From: Chloroflexia bacterium
GTDB lineage: Bacteria > Chloroflexota > Chloroflexia > Thermomicrobiales > UBA6265
Direction of reading: 5' to 3'
DNA length: 45,229 bases
NCBI GenBank assembly: GCA_013694885.1
Contig: JACDBO010000094.1
Span: 1 to 45,229 of the forward strand
The stretch's first letter is position 1, and each line of letters opens with the position of its first letter. Shown here piece after piece: positions 36,105 through 42,975 of the stretch. A program made the translations under genes and the position numbers. The notes under the pieces are model-generated. The model searched no databases. It had not been told where the DNA came from and saw nothing but the letters and a program-made list of their open reading frames with translations.

Positions 36105-37277
36105 TTAGCCGCCCACCGTGTCCGAACTCGGATCGGCGGGCGGGCCTTGCAGGAATGTCGGCACACGGTGGACGGACGGCTCCTTGACGTCCGCCGTGAA
36201 TACCACCGACTCGACAGCCGGCACGCGACTCGGACTCGTTGTGTACTTGACGTGCAGATCGCGCGATCCTTCTGGTTGGAACCCGGCGTCCTCCAGCAGA
36301 TGCGACAACTCGGCCTGATAACCGCGGAGATGACAGTACACTGGCCGCGGCGACTCAACCGCGAGTCTCGACATGACCGTTGCGAGCAGGTCCTCTGCCA
36401 CGACGCGCCGATCGGGCCTGGCAAGCACGCTGAGCAGATGGGCATCGGGCCGGGAATCGACTCGGGCGTAGGCGACGATCTGGTGCCCTTCCTCGACCAG
36501 CCATGCCTGGCACCCGTACCCGCCGAGCTGGCGCTTTCGCGGAACGTCCCAGCATTGACTCGTGAGTGCCTCCGCGTACTGGACCTGTTTCGGAACGACC
36601 GAGGTGTAGAGCTGGTGGACTGCCCACAAATCGGCTGGGCGTTGGGGTCGGGCGATCTCGCGGCCGGCGGGTCGGCGCGTCGCTTTCTCGGCCACGTGGA
36701 CCACTTCACTCGCGTAGGGAACGAAACCCGTGCGACGCGCGGCGGTGCGTACGGGCGAGGTTGCGGGGATGCCCGCGTAGAGTCGTTTGACGCCTTCGAG
36801 CCCCGCGGCAATCACTCCGTGCTTGAGGAGTTCCTCCCAGACTGGGCCGGCGGCATAGATGCCCATTGCTGCCCCGACTGATTCAACGACCCAGCGCTGG
36901 TCCAGCGCCCCTTCGCGAAAGAGCGCATAGCCCAGGAGTCGATGATCGGCCCGTGCTACGAAGAGCCGCCGGGGAGAAGAGATGAGCGGCATCAAGATAC
37001 GCACCGAGGCCATCACTGGCTCGGTCTGGCGTGGGTGGCACAACGTGTTATCGAGGATGATGTGTTGCTCGATGCTGTTGAATGACAACAGGTCACGCCA
37101 GCGCACCCGACCGATGTCGAGATTCACCAACTGGCCCTCATCCTCGAAAGAGGAGGCCTGTCGAAGCGTCACCCGCGATTCCGCGGCTTGACGAGAACCG
37201 CTCATTTCGGCCGAACCTTCCTGGTCCCGCGGGGCGTATGCGGGCCGGTGCTCGCCGAAGCGGGTACGTGTCGCCAT
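36105..37277 (-). CDS. hypothetical protein, possibly a tandem GNAT-like fold
   Basis: Two segments have GNAT-like beta-strand/helix patterns (LLGYALFREG..VESVGAA..AAGLEGVKRLYAGIP..ARRTGFVP and IVAYARVDSR..LLSVLARPD..LLEDAGFQPEG), but I see no clear Q/RxxGxG/A acetyl-CoA motif. The start is uncertain (ATG at 37277 or an internal ATG). Confidence 0.35.
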   Translation of the reverse strand: MATRTRFGEHRPAYAPRDQEGSAEMSGSRQAAESRVTLRQASSFEDEGQLVNLDIGRVRWRDLLSFNSIEQHIILDNTLCHPRQTEPVMASVRILMPLISSPRRLFVARADHRLLGYALFREGALDQRWVVESVGAAMGIYAAGPVWEELLKHGVIAAGLEGVKRLYAGIPATSPVRTAARRTGFVPYASEVVHVAEKATRRPAGREIARPQRPADLWAVHQLYTSVVPKQVQYAEALTSQCWDVPRKRQLGGYGCQAWLVEEGHQIVAYARVDSRPDAHLLSVLARPDRRVVAEDLLATVMSRLAVESPRPVYCHLRGYQAELSHLLEDAGFQPEGSRDLHVKYTTSPSRVPAVESVVFTADVKEPSVHRVPTFLQGPPADPSSDTVGG

Positions 37278-37285
37278 TACCGTTG

Positions 37286-37314
37286 ATTTTACACATTGCG
37301 CCCGGACGACTCAA
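37286..37314 (-). promoter_or_regulatory. candidate sigma-70-type promoter, TTGAGT-17 nt-TAAAAT
   Basis: Minus strand, -35 at 37314-37309 and -10 at 37291-37286. The ATG of ORF 36105..37277 starts 9 nt after the -10 (8 intervening nt), so the transcript would be leaderless or nearly so. Confidence 0.4.
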
Positions 37315-37321
37315 GTCCTTC

Positions 37322-37336
37322 GGCGATGCAATCGCC
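37322..37336 (-). terminator. small hairpin downstream of recR (GGCGAT-GCA-ATCGCC)
   Basis: A 6-bp perfect stem lying 16 nt after the recR stop and just upstream of the promoter above. There is no U-tract, so it is only a weak terminator candidate. Confidence 0.2.
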
Positions 37337-37351
37337 TTCCGGCGCGACGTA

Positions 37352-37963
37352 TCAGAGGACGCGGCGGCCAGCCATCGCTCTGCCAAGGGTCATCTCGTCC
37401 GCGTACTCAAGATCGCCGCCGACGGGGAGGCCACTGGCGGGTCGAGTCACCCGGACTCCCGAAGGGGTGAGTAAGCGATGCAGATAGGTCGCCGTCGCCT
37501 CACCCGGCAAGTCGAGATTGGTGAAGACGATAATTTCCTCGGGCCGCTCGGATTGCGTTCGCTCGATCAGCTCCTGAATTTTCAGCTTCTCCGGCCCGAT
37601 GCCTTCGACCGGGGAGATCGCGCCATGCAGGACGTGGTATTTGCCCCGGTATTCGCCGGTGCGCTCGATAGCGACCACATCGAGCGGCTCTTCGACCACA
37701 CAGATGCGGCTATCGCGACCCGGGTCGGCACAGATTGCGCAGGGGTTCTGCTCGGTGGTGTTGAAGCAGACGGTACAGAGCGTAACCTTTTCCTTCACTT
37801 CGAGAATGGCCTCGGCGAGGCCCACCGCGTCGTCGCGGCTGGTGCGAAGCAGGTAAAACGCCAAGCGGGAAGCCGTCTTGGGACCAATGCCTGGCAGTTT
37901 GGCCAGCTCATCGATGAGACGCGCAACCGGGCGAGCGACGGCCACACCGCGTTGTGAGACCAT
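37352..37963 (-). CDS. recR: recombination protein RecR
   Basis: [24 protein letters not shown] (HhH), C4 zinc finger CTVC..x..CAIC, Toprim [25 protein letters not shown]. The ATG at 37963 gives 203 aa. Confidence 0.95.
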   Translation of the reverse strand: MVSQRGVAVARPVARLIDELAKLPGIGPKTASRLAFYLLRTSRDDAVGLAEAILEVKEKVTLCTVCFNTTEQNPCAICADPGRDSRICVVEEPLDVVAIERTGEYRGKYHVLHGAISPVEGIGPEKLKIQELIERTQSERPEEIIVFTNLDLPGEATATYLHRLLTPSGVRVTRPASGLPVGGDLEYADEMTLGRAMAGRRVL

Positions 37964-38112
37964 CCAACCACCCCACCCACGAATCAAACGAAAATGCCTG
38001 GCGGCAGTGTAGCACGGATCATGTTTCCCGTGCATTCGATACACTTGCGACGCATTGGCCGTACTTTGTTCATCCTCCTACCCGTTTGTACTAATCCCCT
38101 ATTGCAATTGGC

Positions 38113-38141
38113 TTGAGTCAATGCTAGTGTGGACGCATATT
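38113..38141 (+). promoter_or_regulatory. candidate promoter for the zinc-ribbon gene, TTGAGT-17 nt-CATATT
   Basis: It has the same -35 hexamer as the 37286-37314 candidate. An overlapping alternative is TTGCAA-17 nt-TAGTGT at 38102-38130. Confidence 0.25.
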
Positions 38142-38214
38142 GAGAATCTGCCGCGCGGTCTTCGAACCTTGCCGCCGCGCGCATGGTGCGCACGCAGCAG
38201 GGTCCGCTTGGCGG

Positions 38215-38547
38215 ATGGAGAAGGGTTCGCATGAGGGGGTTCTCGTGGACTTCGTAGACAAGACGCTGAGTTGCCGGGAGTGCAGCAAGCCATTCACGTG
38301 GACGGCCGGTGAGCAGAGTTTCTATAAGGTGAAGGGGCTCATCAACATCCCAGCCCGCTGTGGTCCGTGCCGCTCAGCCCGCAAAGCCAAACTCGGTCTT
38401 CCCGATCGCGCGCAGACCGAAGTGATCTGTGCGGATTGCGGCCAACGGACGACCGTACCGTTCGTTCCGCGGAATGGAAACCCGGTATTCTGCTCGGCGT
38501 GCTTCGAGAAGGCCCGTCAGAGTGCTGAGATCGCCGTTCCGGTGTAG
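38215..38547 (+). CDS. small dual zinc-ribbon protein (CxxC-x17-CxxC type)
   Basis: CRECSKPFTWTAGEQSFYKVKGL.N.PARCGPCR, then CADCGQRTTVPFVPRNGNPVFCSACF. This is the recognisable 'probable zinc-ribbon' plus CxxC-x17-CxxC pair. ATG at 38215. Confidence 0.7.
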   Translation: MEKGSHEGVLVDFVDKTLSCRECSKPFTWTAGEQSFYKVKGLINIPARCGPCRSARKAKLGLPDRAQTEVICADCGQRTTVPFVPRNGNPVFCSACFEKARQSAEIAVPV

Positions 38548-38583
38548 CGCCGAGCGGCAGAGCACGAGTACACGGATTGAGGA

Positions 38584-40809
38584 TTACGGTTCGTCGACCA
38601 TCAGCACGGTGCGGCCCTTTATGCCGTCTGCCGGGCCGATCGCACCGTCGTCTTCCATCTGCTCGATAAGCCGCGCGGCTCGGTTGTAGCCGATGCGCAA
38701 TCTCCGCTGTAACATGGACGCCGAAGCGGTGCCATGTTGACGGACGATGTCGAGCGCCTGCTCCATGAGCGGGTCATCGGCACCTCCCTCATCCTCCGTG
38801 CGCGGTTCGCCGCTTGGCACATCGAGCCATTCCGGGGCGTAATGGGGAACAGGCGCCACCGCATGCCAATGGTCGACGACGGCTTTCACTTCTTCGAGGA
38901 TGAAGGCGCCCTGGACTCGGACCGGCTTCGCCGCATCCGGTGGCAAGTAGAGCATGTCGCCACGGCCGAGTAACCGTTCGGCGCCGGGCATATCGAGCAC
39001 GACCCGGCTGTCGATCATCGAGGAGACGGCGAACGCGATCCGCGCGGGCACGTTGGCCTTGATCAACCCGGTGAGCACGTTGACCGACGGGCGCTGGGTG
39101 GCGATGATGAGGTGGATTCCCGTCGCCCGCGCCATTTGCGTCAGTCGGGCGAGGAGCGTCTCGACCTCGTCCGGTGTCGTCATCATGAGGTCGGCGAGCT
39201 CGTCGATGATGACGACGAGATACGGCATCCGCTCGGCCTCAGGTTCATCGGCGACCCGCAGGCGATACCCATCGAGGTTCCGCACGCCGAGTTTCTTGAA
39301 CAATTCATAGCGGCGGTTCATCTCGCGCAGGACAAGGCGGAGCGTTCCGACGACTTTATCCATCTCGGTGACGACTGGGCATTGCAGGTGCGGTACACCG
39401 TTGTACCCTGTCAACTCGACCATCTTCGGGTCGATCATCAGTAACCGCAGATCTTCCGGCGACCGGGTCATCAGAAACGTACTGATGATGCCATTGAGGC
39501 AGACGCTCTTGCCGGCACCGGTCGCTCCCGCGATCAACAGGTGCGGCATCTTCGCGAGATCTCCGACGACATAGCGACCGTTGACGTCTCGCCCGAGCGG
39601 CAGCGGAAGTTTGGCCTTGCTCTCGGCAAACGCCGGCGATTCGAGAACTTCGCGGAGGCCGACAATCGCGATCTGGCTGTTCGGAATCTCGATACCCACC
39701 CTGGCCATGCCTGGGATCGGAGCCTCGACTCTGATGCTCTGCGCGGCGAGCGAGAGCGCGAGGTCGTGCTGGAGCTCAACGATCCGCCGCACCTTAACCC
39801 CGTTGCCCGGTTCGAGCGCGAACTGCGTGACGGCGGGTCCGGGGTTGATCTCGCGCACGCGAGCCTCGACCTTGAAACTTCCCAGTGTCTCCTCGATCGT
39901 CCGCGCTTTCTGCTCGAGATCTCCGGCATCCGGTGCGACAGAATCGTAATAGGGGAGAAGGCGCATGTCCGGGAGCGGCATCGGCTCGCCGGCGGGTTCC
40001 ACCGAGACTCCAGCTGGGCGCGCCGGATGCTCAGGGGCTTGCACTTTCGCTGCGCTCTTCGGCAAATTAATGACGCGTTCGACGACGGTCGGCTCGGAAA
40101 CCGGGCGGCCACGTTGCCCGCTCGTTTGGACCGTTGGGACGGGGGGCGCGGACGTACCTTCGCTCAAGCCTTTTTTTCGCTTCGGCACCAGCGCGCGAAT
40201 GTCTCGCTCGAGCGCCTGAAGGTCGGTATCGGCGAGGAGAAACACCGCCACCAGGCCACTCGCCAAGAGGATTATTCCCGATGCGATCCGTCCGAACACG
40301 CCCCGAGTGATGTCGCCCACGACGACACCGATGGCGCCACCCATTGACTCGCCACCACCGAGCGCGAGGAGACCAAGAACGCCAGCGAAAAAAAGTGCGC
40401 CGCCGACGTAATGCCTGAACAGCAGCACCGGCTCGGTCTGGCGGGCAAAAGCGCGGACCGCGGCGAGTGCGATGAACGCCGGCACGAGAAACGCACCCGC
40501 GCCAAACCCACTGCGGAGAGCGGTGGCCAGCCAGTGAATTAGCTGACCATCTTCATTTCCACGACCGAGGGCCCAGGAGCTGAGCTGTGCCGCGACGACC
40601 AGGCAGACCCCGAGTATTTCGCGCCGGAGCCGCTCGGAGATGGCGACCGCAGGGAACATCCCTCTGAGAAACTCACGCCCGCGCCGAAGCCACCGCGACC
40701 ACCAAAGGTGATCGTCGCCGCGCGTTTTCTGTTTGGAACTCCGCGACCGCGCCTGTGGACCACGGGCACGACTCTGCGCCGCCATCGTCTCGCTCTCCGT
40801 CACCCTCAA
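38584..40809 (-). CDS. ftsK: DNA translocase FtsK/SpoIIIE
   Basis: N-terminal TM helices, a linker, a motor domain with Walker A AGATGAGKSV and Walker B LVVIIDELADLMM, and a C-terminal gamma wHTH domain (TASASMLQRRLRIGYNRAARLIEQME). Confidence 0.95.
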   Translation of the reverse strand: MRVTESETMAAQSRARGPQARSRSSKQKTRGDDHLWWSRWLRRGREFLRGMFPAVAISERLRREILGVCLVVAAQLSSWALGRGNEDGQLIHWLATALRSGFGAGAFLVPAFIALAAVRAFARQTEPVLLFRHYVGGALFFAGVLGLLALGGGESMGGAIGVVVGDITRGVFGRIASGIILLASGLVAVFLLADTDLQALERDIRALVPKRKKGLSEGTSAPPVPTVQTSGQRGRPVSEPTVVERVINLPKSAAKVQAPEHPARPAGVSVEPAGEPMPLPDMRLLPYYDSVAPDAGDLEQKARTIEETLGSFKVEARVREINPGPAVTQFALEPGNGVKVRRIVELQHDLALSLAAQSIRVEAPIPGMARVGIEIPNSQIAIVGLREVLESPAFAESKAKLPLPLGRDVNGRYVVGDLAKMPHLLIAGATGAGKSVCLNGIISTFLMTRSPEDLRLLMIDPKMVELTGYNGVPHLQCPVVTEMDKVVGTLRLVLREMNRRYELFKKLGVRNLDGYRLRVADEPEAERMPYLVVIIDELADLMMTTPDEVETLLARLTQMARATGIHLIIATQRPSVNVLTGLIKANVPARIAFAVSSMIDSRVVLDMPGAERLLGRGDMLYLPPDAAKPVRVQGAFILEEVKAVVDHWHAVAPVPHYAPEWLDVPSGEPRTEDEGGADDPLMEQALDIVRQHGTASASMLQRRLRIGYNRAARLIEQMEDDGAIGPADGIKGRTVLMVDEP

Positions 40810-40933
40810 CGCTTACCCGGCACATCCCAGGGCTCGCGCTGGAATCAATCCACGGGTGTACGGACAGTATACACGTTCACCTGACGTCCAGCGTTTTCAT
40901 CTTCGAATAGGTACGGAGTATTGGCGCCGCGAA

Positions 40934-41560
40934 TTAGAAGAGCTCCAGCTGATCGGGTGGAGTGTCCTGCTCTGACGCCGCCTCCCGCACGCGATCAACC
41001 TCCGCCAGGAGTTTCGGGAGTTTGGCGAAGTCGTCTTCAATCGCACTCCGCAGTGCGGCTTGGTGCAACGCGGCCGCTGGGTGGTACATCGGCACGACTA
41101 GGCGTGTACCGATTGTTTTGGCTTGGCCATGGATCCGGGATATACGTTCGCCCGGGAAATACTTCGCCATCGAAAATCGGCCGAGGGTGACGACAACGTC
41201 GGGATCGATGGCGTTCATTTGCCGTTCCAGATAGCCAGAGCAGGCTTGAATCTCATCCGGAAGCGGATCGCGATTCCCCGGTGGCCGGCATTTCACGACG
41301 TTGGTGATGAAAACATCGTCGCGTTGCAGACCGGCTTTCGTCAGGAGTTCGTTGAGGAACTTCCCGGCATTGCCGACGAACGGGCGGCCCTGCTGATCCT
41401 CATGCCAGCCGGGTCCTTCGCCGATGAGCATGACCCGAGCCTGGATATTGCCTTCGCCCGGGACGGCGTGGTTTCGACTGCGCGACAACTCGCACAAGGT
41501 ACAGCCGGTTACTTCTTCCGCAACCGCCTGCATCTCACGCTCACGTTCCGCTATCGTCAT
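40934..41560 (-). CDS. family-4 uracil-DNA glycosylase
   Basis: CxxC near the N-terminus (CTLCEL), motif A GEGPGWHEDQQGRPFVGNAGKFL, motif B HPAAAL. The start is uncertain (ATG at 41560 or 41587; the track ORF starts at 41695). Confidence 0.85.
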   Translation of the reverse strand: MTIAEREREMQAVAEEVTGCTLCELSRSRNHAVPGEGNIQARVMLIGEGPGWHEDQQGRPFVGNAGKFLNELLTKAGLQRDDVFITNVVKCRPPGNRDPLPDEIQACSGYLERQMNAIDPDVVVTLGRFSMAKYFPGERISRIHGQAKTIGTRLVVPMYHPAAALHQAALRSAIEDDFAKLPKLLAEVDRVREAASEQDTPPDQLELF

Positions 41561-41942
41561 TTCTGCCCTCTCATCTCTTCCATACATTTCTGGGCGCCCG
41601 GCAGAGTCATACCACCCTCCAGGCGCGCGACTCGCTTCACCGCAGCGCGAGACACGTGCCGTCGCTATCAGCGCAATTTTCCCCGACATACTCACGAATG
41701 ACCGCTACGAGCGGTGATGCCGCTCTCCACAGCATCGCCGAAAGGGTACCGTAGTCGCCACCCGGGTGGTCGGGAATGGCTTTAGCGGAACAGGAAAGAG
41801 ATTTCTCGCCGCGGCTCGAAATGACAGTGATGGGTCTTTCCGTCCCGCTCCGTGAATGGCCCCGGCTAGCGCGGGTTAGCACTTCAAATAGAAACTGTCC
41901 GCCTGTAACAGAGTTGCGGTTGCTCCTCCCAGTACGACGCTT

Positions 41943-42896
41943 CTACCGGGCGCTGACGGCACCGAGCGGGGACCATGATCGCTCGCGTTCCAGGAGTTCG
42001 CCCTCCGCTGGCGCGCCGGCGAAACCGCCCGGCGCGCCGACGGCGCTGGCTCCGCAGATGTTACCGAGTCGAAGACACTCTTCTATCGCGCGGTCTTTGA
42101 GGAGACCGTAGAGAAAGCCGGCGTTGAAGCAGTCGCCAGCGCCGGTGGCGTCGACCACCTCGGCGGGGAACGCCGGCACGTCGTATCGAACACCATCAAC
42201 GATGGCTGTCGCTCCATGCTCGCCGCGCTTGACGACGAGAAAGTCGACGATGCGCGCCAACACCCCAAGGGCGGGGTCGAGCCTTTCCCGCCCGCCGATT
42301 GCACGGGCCTCCAGCTCGTTCATGAAGACAATGTCCGCCAGCGGCATGAGCGTGCGAATCTCAGTCCCAGTCAGCCACGGCTCATCCCATCCGCAATCGA
42401 CGATGAGCCGGGTATCGATGCCATTGAGGGCTTGGGCATACGCAGCGAGGTCAGGGTTGAGACAACACTGGAGAAACCCGGCGCGTTGCCGCTTCAGCAC
42501 ATTAAGCGCATGGGCCACGCATCGACCGGCCAGTTCGGGATTGGTCGGCTCGTAGGTCAGGAAGCCACGGTCGCCGCCGTAGGTCATGCAGATGCTGACC
42601 GCGGGCATCGGTTGATCCAGCACCGCCATCAGGTTCGTGGAGACCCCTTCCGAGGCCATTGCGTCGAGACTGAGCCGACTCCACTCGTCGTCACCGACGG
42701 TGCCGATCATCCCGACAGAGACGCCGAGTCGGGCGAGGGCGGCGACGCTGTTGAAGGTGCCACCAGGTGAGAGCGTGAGACCCTGCGCGAACACCTCACG
42801 CCCAACCATGGGCCAGTCCGGAAGTTCGGTGAAGACCAAATCCCATGACGGCCGCCCGATGACCAACACATCGTAGTCGGACGCTGCTGTACCCAT
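41943..42896 (-). CDS. PfkB-family carbohydrate kinase
   Basis: Ribokinase-like fold with the C-terminal signature VVDATGAGDCFNAGFLYG. Confidence 0.8.
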   Translation of the reverse strand: MGTAASDYDVLVIGRPSWDLVFTELPDWPMVGREVFAQGLTLSPGGTFNSVAALARLGVSVGMIGTVGDDEWSRLSLDAMASEGVSTNLMAVLDQPMPAVSICMTYGGDRGFLTYEPTNPELAGRCVAHALNVLKRQRAGFLQCCLNPDLAAYAQALNGIDTRLIVDCGWDEPWLTGTEIRTLMPLADIVFMNELEARAIGGRERLDPALGVLARIVDFLVVKRGEHGATAIVDGVRYDVPAFPAEVVDATGAGDCFNAGFLYGLLKDRAIEECLRLGNICGASAVGAPGGFAGAPAEGELLERERSWSPLGAVSAR

Positions 42897-42922
42897 TCTC
42901 TTGCCACATTGGCCGGGGAGGA

Positions 42923-42947
42923 GATCGCCGGCGTCAAGCCGACGATC
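42923..42947 (-). terminator. hairpin downstream of the large secreted-protein gene
   Basis: GATCGCCGGC-GTCAA-GCCGACGATC forms 9 of 10 pairs. It begins 29 nt after the stop at 42976 and has no U-tract. Confidence 0.25.
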
Positions 42948-42975
42948 CCCTTCCCTCCACTCTATCGCTCGCGCA

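Noticed and set aside
36083-36811. 242-aa minus-strand ORF in an alternative frame overlapping 36105..37277
   Set aside because: Extremely Arg/Ser/Pro-rich. The longer co-directional frame has more protein-like composition and a promoter placed at its start.
37964-38214. SRP RNA (ffs) or another ncRNA upstream of recR, as seen near dnaX-recR in some Firmicutes
   Set aside because: Neither strand shows the conserved SRP domain-IV motifs (GGAAGCAGCC / CCAGGUC). The gap is adequately explained by divergent promoters.
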